Source of the DNA: Octopus sinensis
Lineage: Eukaryota
Direction of reading: 5' to 3'
DNA length: 64,000 nucleotides
Assembly: GCF_006345805.1 (NCBI RefSeq)
Contig: NC_043015.1
Location: 3,410,001 to 3,474,000, forward strand
This document shows positions 1 through 12,522 of the stretch, in pieces (the first letter of the stretch is position 1; each line of letters begins with the position of its first letter). A model generated the notes under the pieces. It made no database searches, was not told the DNA's origin, and was given only the letters and a program-made list of their open reading frames with translations. Made by a program: the position numbers and the translations under genes.

Positions 1-400
1 GGTTTTCCTATGATCTTATGTATCTTGCATCTTTTGACACAAGAATTTTCCTCTCCTTGAGATGGTCTCAAGTGAATCGATCCAATTTAGTTCCTCACTA
101 ATCTATGAAGCTCTATCTATGTGTGTCGCTTCCAGTGTTAGCTCATGGTGCTTCCCGATTTTCTCGAACTCTGTTTTCACCGTAATCTTGTCTGCCATAT
201 AATCACGACGATGAAAGTCAATTGCTTGCGATCTCTCATGAGGAAAATGATATATGGTCGGTTCTATTGTAGCTTAGTGTCTGTGTAGATTGGATTATCC
301 CATGTGAGTTTCATCTACTCTATTTCTGCTGCTGGGAAACTTATTGAATCATACTCCGAGAGTGGGCTTAAACATTCATAGATTTACTGTGAAAGATTGA
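1..400 (-). mobile_element. R4/Dong-like (RLE-endonuclease) non-LTR retrotransposon, decayed 3' fragment
   Basis: Minus-strand translation gives KLTWDNPIYTDTKLQ*NRPYII and, after a frameshift, EFEKIGKHHELTLE. These match the WDF.IQTD..I..NRPDI / EKI.KY.DL..E motifs of R4-clade RLE domains. Stops and frameshifts present; runs off the window edge. Confidence 0.55.
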
Positions 401-429
401 TGCTAAAACTGTGAAATATCGCGTATAGT

Positions 430-720
430 TATTTCAACATCGACAACAAGAGGGACAAGAGCAAACAGAAAAAGAATAAAAATAAGATAAAGCGAAAATG
501 AAGAGAAGAGAGTAGAATAAGATAAAGAAGAGAAGAACAAAAAGGAGAAAAAGAAGAGTAGGAGAATACAAAGAAGAAGAAAAAACTGCAGAAATAGTAA
601 AAGAAGAAAAAGAACAAGTAGTGGGAGAGTGAAGGACAAAAATGAGAGGAAGAAGAAGAAGAAGAAGAAGAAGAAGAAGAAGAAGAAGAAGAAGAGAAGA
701 AGAAAAAGAAGAATCATAAA
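430..720. repeat. Purine-rich low-complexity tract ending in (GAA)n
   Basis: Seen directly; explains ORFs 403-717 and 429-617. Confidence 0.9.
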
Positions 721-754
721 TAATTATACATGTTCAGACTAGTTTACACCATGT

Positions 755-1064
<310 letters not shown>

Positions 1065-1723
1065 CGTCTACAATTTTATGTTAGTGTCCAGTCGTAAGTT
1101 ACTTCATTTACTCCTAAGTATCAGCAGTATTTGGAAGCATTCCAGTACACTTCGTTCCTTTATTTCTCTAAGTGACGTCATTAATGTTCTATCAATAGAA
1201 ATGAAGTTAAGGTCAAATAAGCATTATAAATATTTTTTTCCTCCTTTATCAACTCGTCAGACTATAGCGAAAGTGATGTTGATTCTATTGCAAGATCAGT
1301 TGTCAGTTAGAGGCCGAGAAATCTTTAAAATGAAACTTGACGTTTATTTGGCAACTATATGGTGTTTTAATAACTAGCATCTTGATTAAAAAATCTGTCA
1401 AACCAAATAGCCGTATGATTTTCTTAATATATTAACTATATTTCGTTGGAAATTTTTGGGGAGATAATACAAACTAGAGGATATGTTTTATGCTTTATCA
1501 GATTGAGCACTCACTGTTACGACATATTTTTACACCTATAAAGGAATAAGCGATCGTTTAATATATTTTCTTCTTTAGAACTAACGAAACACGAATAATA
1601 TATATATTAAGTCAATATTTGACTTTTTGTAAATTTTGGATTGTTTCATGAATTTACTTCAAAATCAGTAGTTAGCTTATGGTTGCGTGATTTACATACA
1701 CATGTACACACACGTACAACCCA

Positions 1724-1938
1724 TACCTATTTCTTTACTACCCACAGGGAGCTAAACACAGAGAGGGCAAACAAATGGATTAAGTCGATTATATCGACCC
1801 CAGTGCGTAACTGGTACTTATTTAATCGAGCCCGAGAGGATGAAAGGCAAAGTCGATCTCGGCGGAATTTGAACTCAGAACGTAATACCGCTAATCATTT
1901 CGCCCGGCGTGCTAACGATTCTGCCAGCTCAAGCCCAT
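1724..1938 (-). mobile_element. tRNA-derived SINE, family A
   Basis: Minus strand has an A-box-like TGGCAGAATCGTTAGC and a B-box GAGTTCAAATTCC, followed by a core (GACTTTGCCTTTCATCC...TAAGTACCAG...GGGGTCGAT) shared with the copy at 38090-38282. Confidence 0.8.
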
Positions 1939-2151
1939 ACCTTCACACAAACATAACGCACTTGGTCACGCACACACACACACGCATACGCATGCACACT
2001 CACGTAGATTTAAGATTGCACTTTTGTAGGCAGAGACGTGATAAGGTAAGTCAATATCTGGTATAATTTTTCCAGTATCACCCTCCTGCAAAACCTGATA
2101 CAAAGATATGGAAGAGGAACTTTATGTAAAATATTTCGCAGGGTACGTGTT

Positions 2152-2530
2152 ATTTTGGTAATTTACATACTTTTCTTACTCCAGGTATGTGTTAGTCTAT
2201 CAAAGCTTTTTTATAGGCTATCTAGCGTATCAAGTTCTTTTGTTTGTGACGATCTTCTACGAACATCTTATTGATGTTTAGCTGATCTTTACAACAATAG
2301 CACTCATGTTTACACCCTTTTTGCCCACTAGGGTAGATGCCACATTCTTTGAAAAGAAATATAGCTGTCTTCAGTCAAGAGAGATGTTAGTACAGATCAG
2401 CAAAACATCAATAAAATTTTCGTAGAAGATCGTCACAAACTAAAGAACTCGATAGCCTAGATAGCCTCTAAAAAGCTTTTGATAGACTACCACATAGCTG
2501 GAGTAAGAAAAGTCTGTAAATTTCCAAAAT
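2152..2530. mobile_element. Fold-back/MITE-like element with ~140-bp imperfect terminal inverted repeats
   Basis: 2152-2291 is the imperfect reverse complement of 2391-2530 (e.g. TACTTTTCTTACTCCAG vs CTGGAGTAAGAAAAGT), with a ~99-nt spacer and no coding capacity. Confidence 0.75.
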
Positions 2531-3533
2531 TTCCAAAATAGATATCACGTTCATTTTGAAACAGTTGATGCAGGAAAGTGCAGCATTGACGAAAGAAAAA
2601 ACGGTTTTGATGTGAATGTTGAAGCTTTACCTACACGGCAAGTTTTGTTTATCACACCAATTTAGACAGACTTATGAAATTAGACAAACCATTATATACA
2701 TAGGAAAAATATACATTAATCTATATTTTTGTAAGCAATTGTATGCATGTTGCATATCTATATTTGTGTATCCAACGTAAAGTAAGGAAATATAAGCCAA
2801 TTGCAAATAACTTGCAAACTTGCAACTGCAGCGATAATTAGGAACTGATAATGGAACAGCAGATGTGTATTTTTATATAAATTGGACCAGCCACGTATTC
2901 GGTTTTAGTAAAGAATGTGTGTAGATGCATGTCTGTGTTAAATAATGTAGGGAACAGGCGGACAAATGCACACATACTCAGAGACACATCCACATTCATA
3001 TAAAAATGTGACGATACGCTCACATACTCTCTCACATACCGACACTTACATATAGTAAGAGAGGCACGTACATTCATACATTCATGCATGCCAGTCGTCA
3101 CATGTGTATATGTATGTGGAGATGTGTATGTATATTTAATATTGTACCTAACGCGGATACACACACACAGTCTGACGGACAGATAAACTCATGCACCCCA
3201 CACATACGCTCAGAGACACATCCACGCTCAGAGACACATCCACGCACAGAGACATATACACGCTCATATATGTGATATCATCGTAGTAGTAGTTTGAAAT
3301 GTACTTTACTATCTCGAACGGATCGAACGCGCAAACACACACGTTAAATTGAATGAATAAATGTGAAGAGATATTACACAACGGTTTTCGCTGGAGGGGA
3401 AAATGTAAAAAGTGTATTTAAATAGACGTAGAGCAGAAAATTGGAAACACGTAGCGAGAACGTGCAAATAACGTGAGGACAAATATATTTACGCCCGACA
3501 AAAATGAATTACCCTGCACTCAATTTTCAGAGA

Positions 3534-3674
3534 CAGAGAGAAAGAGAGAGACAGACAGACAGAGACAGAGACAAGTGACAGAGACAGACAGAGAGACAAA
3601 GATGCAGAAAGAGAGAGAGAGAAGTCTATTGCGTGAGGGAAACAAACAGAAATAGTTATATGTGAAAGTGACTT

Positions 3675-3722
<48 letters not shown>
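3534..3722. repeat. (GA)n/(GACA)n microsatellite tracts
   Basis: Seen directly. Confidence 0.9.
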
Positions 3723-3726
<4 letters not shown>

Positions 3727-4029
3727 GGAGATTAGCTTGAAACCTGCAGAGATCAAAGAAAGAAAATCGGTTCAAACTGCAGCTTTTAGAGAGAAAAGTA
3801 AACATTTATAAAACGCGTCGTTTTCTCATATTACGCTAGAGGGACGGGCAAATTGTTATACATCATGACTATTTGTAGCAGATAAGTAATGTATGTCTAA
3901 ATCTAGTGAAAATCGGTAGAAAACGGTAGAAATGTGTATCTACTACGTACGCAGGTACACACACACACACACGCACACACACATCACTTGTTTTATATAT
4001 ATATAGGTCGTATATGCATATATATATAT

Positions 4030-4092
<63 letters not shown>

Positions 4093-4119
4093 TATATATA
4101 TATTCTTTTTATGACTTTA

Positions 4120-4392
4120 ACCCCCCAACGCGGAGTAGAGGCCACTTATAATTGAATTCCATGTCGCATAACTTAAGCTCTGCCATGAATGTCCCCCTTT
4201 ATCTCCGCCACGATTTCTTAGGATTACCTCTCTTATATCCATCCGGTTTCCACTGTGAAGCACTTTTCGCTATATTTGGTGTGACTTTTCTAATTGTGCT
4301 ACCAATCCACTTCCACTTTTTCTTAAATATTTGCTCCCTAATAGAAACTACATTCGTTCTTTGCCATAGCTCCATATTGCTTATGTGATCAT
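4120..4392 (-). mobile_element. RTE-clade LINE, 5'-truncated 3' end
   Basis: Minus translation MELWQRTNVVSIREQIFKKKWKWIGSTIRK...SQWKPDGYKRGNPKKSWRR matches the RTE C-terminal W.WIGH.LR / W.P.G.R.RGRPK.TWRR motif. Confidence 0.7.
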
Positions 4393-4397
4393 GGAAT

Positions 4398-4447
4398 TTG
4401 ATTTAATCCTAAATCTGATATTTCCCTGTACTTTTGGATTTACTCCA

Positions 4448-4455
<8 letters not shown>
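4398..4455 (+). repeat. 3' tail fragment of the repeat family seen at 39522-39735
   Basis: GATTTAATCCTAAATCTGAT..TTCCCTGTA..TTTGGATTT is shared with 39670-39728; it ends at a (TA)n tract. Confidence 0.65.
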
Positions 4456-4534
<79 letters not shown>

Positions 4535-4545
4535 ATATATATATA

Positions 4546-4830
4546 CAGTGGGGAGTATAAATATTCGCACATATCAAATTTCTTTATTTAATTTCTAATG
4601 ACCTTTAATGGGATATGCCAATACTATATTTGCATGTACATGCATAAACTAGGAATATGCAAAAGAAACTAATAAATTATAGTAACTAACGAATTTCTAT
4701 TCTATTACGGGTATTTCGTAGGACGACCTGAAGATTTCATTCCCGTTCTCTACCATTTCTGTTTAATTTCTCTGAACTTAATCCTCGCCTTCTAGCAGTT
4801 CGTATCGATACAAAAATTTATTTTTGAAAT
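4546..4830 (-). mobile_element. Tc1-like transposon 3' end remnant
   Basis: TA followed by CAGTGGGGAGTATAAATATTCGCAC (Tc1-type terminus) at the edge of a (TA)n tract. Minus frame ends ...KSSGRPTKYP*, resembling the Tc1 C-terminal KGGPTKY*. Confidence 0.4.
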
Positions 4831-5396
4831 CGTATCGAAGCATCATTTCACTTAAATTTCATTTAGTCACACAAGCCGAACTATCTTTGCAGCAAAATTA
4901 AGTTTCTGGAACAATGAGATATAGTATGAACCAGACACCGAGATGCTAATATATATGGTTCAGAAACATGTGGCTACAATAGAGAGTGTGAAACACGGAA
5001 GTTAACTTAAAGAAAATATCAAGAAGTCCAATCGTCATCATTTTTGCTAACGATATAATGGAATATTAGAATATCGATAAATGGTCAATGCCAATCTACA
5101 CCATTTGGTAGAACGATAATGTATTACGATATTGTATAATTATCCGAAACACATATCAGGATAAGACAATTGAATAATATATGTAGACATATCAACATAA
5201 ATACATTCTAATCAATCTCTCTGTGATCATCTGAGTTCATAACAGATAAGACAACATTCAAACAATATAATATGAATATAACGATGTCACTATATTAAAA
5301 CATGTTTATATCTAACGGATCGGAAGAAACCATTATTGCAGAATAAGAAATTATAGCGTTTGCTTACTTTAGAATTATTAGGAAAATATCGATATT

Positions 5397-5959
5397 TTAG
5401 GTTGTGCGGAAAGTTCGTGCCGATATATAAAAAGAAAGAATAAGGTTAATAAATACTTGCCATTACACATTTAATCAACCAAATATGAAACATTTTGTTG
5501 CACAACGCGTCACCATTTTTCCTTTAAGTTGAAAATGCCCTCTTCCCAGAATTGATGTGGTTTCATGACAAAGAATTCATCAAGGTATCTTTTTACGTCA
5601 TCCAAATAAATGTTACCATTAAGACTATTGTGCAGAGATATGAATAAGTGGAAATCCGAAGGAGCAATATCTGGTGAATATGGAGGATGAGGTAACACAT
5701 CCGAGCCGAGCTGCAGCAATTTTTTTCTGGTTCCCAAAGCATCAAATGCCTAAAATTAACATTCTTATCTTCCAACTTAAAGGGTTACAGAATTAACACA
5801 GATTATAGGAACATAAACCTTCTTCCACGAAAAGATAGCTTAAATTGTGTTCTAAATGGAGATATAGTCAAATCCTATTTTATGGACTTAACCATGTTCT
5901 AAAATAACTCGAATTGTAAGCTACTATAAATTGGCACGAACTTTCCTGACGACCTAATA
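5397..5959 (-). mobile_element. Internally deleted mariner transposon with both TIRs
   Basis: TIRs TTAGGTTGTGCGGAAAGTTCGTGCCGAT (5397) and ATTGGCACGAACTTTCCTGACGACCTAA+TA (5930-5959). The N-terminus MEDKNVNFRHLMLWE is joined out of frame to the C-terminal block with HPPYSPDIAPSDFHLF. Confidence 0.92.
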
Positions 5960-6454
5960 GTCTAAAGGTCATCATATTCAATTAAAAAATAATGTTTTAT
6001 ACGCAAGAAGCAATTTTTAACAAGTAGCACCGAAAGGAGAATTTAATTTTCTATAATATTTGTATTTGAATCTTCTAGGATTTATGATATGAAATGAGAA
6101 AATTTCTTCACGAGAGCATTCCAATAAATTTAGTCAAAATAATCTCTGTAAAATGTAATTGTCTCCAGCTATTGGGAAATGTAAATTATAAATATAAAAT
6201 TGTGTTTATGTAAACATGATTTCATATTTATATATAGCAATTCAACTGAATAACGGCGAGACAAAACAGTAATTCGTTATTGTAATTAAAAACAAATAAA
6301 AATGGCATAAGAACACTTCGAATTAATGTTTATCGAGTGACGAATATCCATATGACAATTCCTGCACAATATCCATCGTCAAATTTCAATCTACGACTTC
6401 GGAAAACAACTGTGATGTCTTGGTTTTACGAACGAAGCTAGGAAAAGGGTGTAG

Positions 6455-6791
6455 AATTCTATATTGAAGTGATGAGGAATTATGTTCATTAGTTTCATTA
6501 CTTACATTCAACGGGTAATTGTCCGCATTTTGTATGTTGTTAACGCAAGTTTTCGGCTGATATACTCTCCAGCCTTCTTCAGGTGTATTGGGCAAATTTC
6601 GAACCTGGGGTCTCATTCGTAAGGTATTTTTAGATGTTTATGTTGTTTGCTGTTATTATTATTATTATTATTATTATATTATTATTATTATTATTATTAT
6701 TGTTGTTGTTGTGTTGTTGTTGTTGTTCTTCAGGTCACAGCTTGGAATCGAACACGGAATCTTGAGGATAGTAGCCCGTGCTCTTAACCAT

Positions 6792-6795
<4 letters not shown>
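6455..6795 (-). mobile_element. tRNA-headed SINE (family D) with internal (AAC/AAT)n tract and hammerhead-bearing tail
   Basis: Minus strand: TGGTTAAGAGCAC (A-box-like), GTTCGATTCC (B-box), microsatellite, then a tail homologous to 62528-62712 containing CTGAAGA-A-GGCTG-loop-CAGCC-GAAA. Confidence 0.75.
6540..6592 (-). ncRNA. Degenerate type I hammerhead ribozyme motif
   Basis: ACAC CTGAAGA A GGCTG gagagtatat CAGCC GAAA ACTT GCGTT. The first core strand and 5-bp helix II are intact; helix III and the cleavage triplet are mutated relative to the sister copies. Confidence 0.5.
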
Positions 6796-6839
<44 letters not shown>

Positions 6840-7180
6840 ATTACACATAAATGCCTCACGCCCCGAGGGACATAAGTCATTACTACCAAAATTTAACTAA
6901 TCATACCTAATGCAGTTCCCGAAGCAAGGCATTTAAAAAACTGAATTTAGTTCTATATCACCTGTGATTTCACAATTAACGCATCAAATACGTCTTTTGT
7001 TCCACAATATAACAGATTCTGAACACATCATAAATAAACAACCAACATACCTAGAGAAGCCAAACAGACATCTACTCCCCACGGCGAAGCACATGGAAAT
7101 GTTTATAAATCATATATTCGGTAAATGGCGGGCGCTTTCGAACTGCATGTCGGTAGGAAAAGTTTTTCTTCGGAATAAAT

Positions 7181-7345
7181 TTAACAATTAAGGATAACTT
7201 CTTAATAAGGAATCTTAACAATAAATTATCAGGTAGTTAGCGTGAAAAACCTCATAAGAGAAAAAATTCGAAAATAATTTTTTCCCTTGAAAATATTTAT
7301 GAGATTGTTAAGATTCCTTATTAAGAAGTTATCCTTAATTGTTAA
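7181..7345. mobile_element. Small fold-back/MITE-like element with perfect 42-bp inverted repeats
   Basis: 7181-7222 is the exact reverse complement of 7304-7345; 81-nt spacer; both ends are TTAA. Confidence 0.8.
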
Positions 7346-7419
7346 CTTTATATATATATATATAACCATCAAAAATGCGGAGCGTGTTGTGAAGAAAGTT
7401 ATCATATCCTATCTCATTG

Positions 7420-7475
7420 AAAATATTCAAGAATTTATTCACTCACGCTGAGCTATATGCGTTTCACCTTGTGTG

Positions 7476-7532
<57 letters not shown>

Positions 7533-7585
7533 TCAACACACAAGGTGAAACGCATATAGCTCAGCGTGAGTGAATAAATTCTTGA

Positions 7586-7592
<7 letters not shown>
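7420..7592. repeat. Perfect 62-bp inverted duplication centred on (TA)n
   Basis: 7420-7481 is identical to the reverse complement of 7531-7592; (TA)n lies in the middle and immediately to the right. Confidence 0.9.
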
Positions 7593-7657
<65 letters not shown>

Positions 7658-7669
7658 ATTATTATTATT

Positions 7670-7780
7670 ATTTTATTATTATTTCAGGGAATAAAACCCA
7701 AACTTACAAGGAAAAAGAATTCAATTAAGAAATACTAAATCAAATTACACCGAATATAATATATATAAAATATTAGAAAA
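7670..7780 (-). repeat. Diverged tail copy of the 39522-39735 family
   Basis: Reverse complement ...TTTTTCCTTGTAAGTTTGGGTTTTATTCCC aligns by eye with TTTTTTCCCTGTAAATTTGGATTTTATTCCC at 39690-39719. Confidence 0.45.
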
Positions 7781-7905
7781 AAAAACCTTTTATCAATTCA
7801 AAATGAATAATGAAATTACCCCATCTAGAAAATTACATATACTAGAAAAGTTTAAATTAAAATAACAATTAAGAAGTAAGGATTATGTAAATTACAAGAA
7901 TAAAG

Positions 7906-7943
<38 letters not shown>

Positions 7944-8422
7944 TTCTTTGTGCCTTTAACGCTCCGACGCAGAGTATATACAAACACATACATATATTTA
8001 TATTTACATACTTGTGTATGCACGGGTGCTTGTGAGTCTGTTTGCGCGTGGTATGTCCGTAGGTGTGAATGCAACTGCGTGTGCGAACGTATGTGTATAT
8101 TACTAACTGAGGATTTTATCTTCGTAGTAATGTGTGTATGTATCTGCGCATTTCTTAGCTAGTGTGATGCAAATATATTTACTGTGCGCATATGATAATT
8201 TTGATTGGCAGCTTAAAAGCCAAGTTTACAATACTTTAATAGCTGCGAACATTTTTGTTCTTGGCAACACAATTATCCAAATATGAAAACTGAAATGAAG
8301 GAAGTGTAAACGAATGGACAGACATGATGTCAGTTTTTGAACGACTCTATTACGATTATTCCTATTATCGTGGATATTATTGACATTTTCTTACAATTAT
8401 TATTATTTTCCTAATTGTTATC

Positions 8423-8459
<37 letters not shown>

Positions 8460-8473
8460 GTAGTAGTAGTAGT

Positions 8474-8510
<37 letters not shown>

Positions 8511-8529
8511 TATTATTATTATTACTATT

Positions 8530-8742
8530 CAGTAGTTTTATTTTTATAGCGTGCTTTCACTTCACTACCGAGCGCAGCTCTGTGTGCCTTGGATATGTGC
8601 TGTGATTTGTTGTGATGCTCTGATTGTTATTGTATGGAAAGTGTTCTGCGTAGGATGTGTGCAGTGCCTAGTAGTGCAATTTTCTGTGTTATATGTGTTT
8701 GTAAGTCCTGGTGTTTTTGTTATATATTTGTCTGATACTATT
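8530..8742 (-). mobile_element. R4/Dong-like retrotransposon 3' end inside a (TAA)n array
   Basis: Minus strand SDKYITKTPGLTN.. then, frameshifted, KIALLGTAHILRRTLS.Q* (R4-clade C-terminal LLGTAHILR motif) plus 3' UTR. Same-strand (AAT)n lies on both sides (8395-8525, 8743-8852). Confidence 0.8.
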
Positions 8743-8773
8743 TTTATTATCATTATTATTACTATTATTGTTA

Positions 8774-8852
<79 letters not shown>

Positions 8853-8999
8853 CCTGCATTTTCGTTTGTTTCTACCCTTGCTGTCGCTATTGTCAATATT
8901 ATCTAATCGTTTTAACCATACTACATTTTGGCCTTATTAGCAATATTTGCAGTAATTGAGGTAATATTACTAAAAATGCAAAATAATATTTTGAACTTT

Positions 9000-9450
9000 C
9001 TGTCAGTCTCAGAATACGTTTTAGTTATAATTCTTTCATGTATATGTATCGGGAAATTATATTTCTTGCTCTTCAATTTCGTATCTGAGTCATAGCTCAT
9101 CAGCAACATTCATTCTTATGTAATTCTGAATAAATTTGGTTCTATATATGAAAATATGCTATGATACCCTAGCTTGAGCGTACAATTCCATATATGAAGA
9201 ACATACAGCGTTTTAGCTACTTCTTCCAAGAAACTTCTGATTCTCTTGTAGCCAACACGCAATGTTACGAATTTGTTAATCAATTTCACAGCTCCATACT
9301 AAAACTGATGAAAAGTACAGGAACATCTCTATGTACATTCTAGCGTGTAAATGAATCTGAGTTACCGAAAGCTCATATTTACGTTAAACAGCTATAGACA
9401 TACTTGAGAGCATATTTTACGAACACATCTTCAATACACATGCTTTTTTC
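9000..9450 (-). mobile_element. Possible highly decayed RTE-like LINE remnant
   Basis: Only weak motifs (SVLVWSCEI resembling SVLLYGCE); many stops. Confidence 0.25.
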
Positions 9451-9611
9451 TTTGTCGATAATTATATTTGCTGGTATACTGTGTTACTAGGCATTACTAA
9501 AGAACAATTTAACTCAACTTCTAAACTGGCACCAGCACATTATTTCATATCTTTATCCTTACGAAAACTCTTAGACAATATATATACATATGTGCGTATA
9601 TCCGTATATGC

Positions 9612-9653
<42 letters not shown>

Positions 9654-9786
9654 ACTTGCGTACGTCGGCGTACATACGTATATTCTCAAGCAAATACACC
9701 TGTGCGCGCGCATGCATAAATACACAGGCAAATGCGCATATATATATATAAATATATATATGTGTGTAGTATGTATGTATATATGT

Positions 9787-9833
<47 letters not shown>

Positions 9834-9974
9834 GAGAAAGAGGGATAGAGAAGTTAAAAAGAGCAGGTGAGAGAGATTATAACAACAGAATTGAATAGAG
9901 CGTATAAAATTAGATAGCTAGTTATAGATAGTTATATAGATGATTATTATTCCCAGCAGCTCTTCAAATTAGGG

Positions 9975-10090
9975 GGCCGATATGCATGGGCGACTGCTGC
10001 TCTTTTTTAAACAACCATGCCTGGACTTGTCCACGGGAGAGTAACTTTCTCGATGTAATCCCACGGTCACTCATGACCGACAGGGGTCTC
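9975..10090 (+). mobile_element. Probable SINE 3' body fragment
   Basis: GC-richer island (GGGCGACTGCTG...AACAACCATGCCTGGACTTG...CATGACCGA) that resembles an octopus SINE tail from memory; no second copy in this window. Confidence 0.35.
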
Positions 10091-10169
10091 AACAGAATGG
10101 TGGGCATCGCACCTTTCTTCTTAGATCGGCAAATTGCTGCTCGCAGTGTGAATTAATTTGCTAAAAGGC

Positions 10170-11060
10170 TGCTCATCTTCATGTTATTGTCGTTCAAATA
10201 TTTTGGCCTAATTTTTATCCTGTATGAATATTATTTGTCTAAGTGAGACATACTGGTTTTCCTCATGTGTTACTACATTTACAGCTGTGAGATGATGGTT
10301 GGAGATTATATAGACATGCAGAGCGTATTAAGGGGAAATATATAAACAACGATCAAACTTGAATCGACATGTTTCGCTTTCTTCTTTTTGGTTCTCTGAG
10401 TATTTCCGTTGAATTTGTAATGCTCCTGAAAATTATTTTCTGTGAATTTGAGATGATTTGAAACACATCCGATTATATTTGTTTCTTTATCTTGTCAAGA
10501 TATGGTGTATCTTTGTGTAGTTTACCAAATTTTTCATCAATCGTTTTCTTGTTTATCGTTCTTGTAATTCTACAGCCGTTGTACACATCTTATAATAACA
10601 TAGTCATCTTCAAATCTCTTTTTCACCAGTAAATTCAGTATATCATAAATCTCCAAGAAATCAAGATTTTTTCTCAAAATAGAGAAATGTCAAACATAAT
10701 GATATTTTGTAAGATTGGTTTGTAGCATGTATGCGGTCTACAGTTTGCCTCTTTTAATGTAGTGTTCTAATCTCAATTATATGAGATATGATTTTTTAAT
10801 AGGGCTTGTAAAAGATCTGACAGGGCTGATTATTCTATGAGAGTTTATATCTTTGGCATCTCATTTTCATAAAGACGTATATCCGAATGTTCTCACATAT
10901 CCGGTAACTTATGTTAATGTGTGCATGTTGTATATAATTTAACTAATATCTTCCATTGGAACAACAGCTTTTATTATGTGTATTTCAATGTTATACATAT
11001 CTTCCATTATCTCCTTTTATATTTCCTTTAAAACATTTTCAACTGTAGTCTCTAAAACGT
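10170..11060 (-). mobile_element. Highly degenerate LINE reverse-transcriptase remnant
   Basis: One minus frame contains K*DAKDINSHRIIS (resembles KGD.KDI.NYRPIS) and KRFEDDYVII (resembles YADD); many stops. Confidence 0.4.
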
Positions 11061-11744
11061 TTCCTTTAGGCACTGATTTTACGAGATTAATCGTCCGTCA
11101 TAGTTTTTGACAGAACACTGTCTCCGGAGAAGTGCTAAGCCTTCGTTCATAACGTGATTGATTGAGAGTCACAGATCGTACTTATTTTCTCTTTGTTTAG
11201 ATAGTTATTTTACAAAGCATATTTGCTCCTTCTCTGTTAGAATGAAGCGACTTACATTATTTATGTATTATTCATTTTTTTCCTTTAAAGTTGTTTAAAC
11301 GATATATGTTTGGTGCTTGTTTCCTTTTATGTGTCCAAGCTTGTACGTGTTGGCGTGTGAACTACACAAACATTAAAATGGATGATGTATAAGCAAGAAA
11401 CAATAAAATAGAAACAGTTATATCTATATTTGTAGAAATGAGCATGTATATATGATTAATGGTTTTTCTCAGCTTTTTATAGGGACATCGTCTTTTACGT
11501 GCTGTTTACAATGTTGTACAGGGATATTGCAGCTTTACTTGTTTATATTTTTCCACACGTAGCTTATATATGAAAGATATATTTCAGCTTCCTAAAACGA
11601 CTCAAATTTATAAAGAATTTTATGTCTTTTATTTTAGCGGGAGTGGTTGTGGTGGTGGGGCTATTCATAATTCCTGTCTGGCAAAGACCTCACGTCTAAA
11701 TCTTTCTCTCAAGGAGATGACTAATGCACGATCGGTATAATAAT

Positions 11745-11780
11745 AATAACAAAAACTACAACAACAACGACAACAACAGC

Positions 11781-11823
<43 letters not shown>

Positions 11824-12012
11824 TAATAATAATAATAATAATAATAATTATGATGATGATAATAATTATAATTATAATAATTATAATTATAATATTAATA
11901 AAAGTAGTGATATTAATAATAATGATAATTATTATTATTATTATCATCAACATCACATCGTCTTCATCATCATCATTAACATCATCAATATCATCATCAT
12001 CATTATCATCAT
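11745..12012. repeat. (AAC/AAT/CAT)n trinucleotide tract
   Basis: Seen directly. Confidence 0.95.
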
Positions 12013-12299
12013 AATTTTGGTTATCTGAATCCGCAATTTTTGCTCGGTACAATTTGATATTCCAATAGTAAAGTTATTCAAATGCGCTTTGAGTTTAGTT
12101 TGCTCTTTGAGAAACAGATCTGGAAGGTACGTGGCTACGTCTTCTAAGTGGAAGAGGAAACTCATGGTTATTTAGAGAATAGTTTTGTCATTAAAATGTG
12201 CTTCTGGAATTCAACCTGAAAATGCTTCTTCATGCTAGAGGGATAGGCCTCGGCTTAAACTGAGTTGTGTATAACACTTGGCAGGATGCAAATAAAAGT

Positions 12300-12352
<53 letters not shown>

Positions 12353-12477
12353 TGTATATATATAAGCGAATTCTATTACATAGAAACACGTATATGTTTT
12401 ATTGTCAGAAGCAAATATAAATTCTTGTCACAAATGACAAATATTGGAGAAGACTGTCATAAATATAACTATATCAG

Positions 12478-12522
<45 letters not shown>

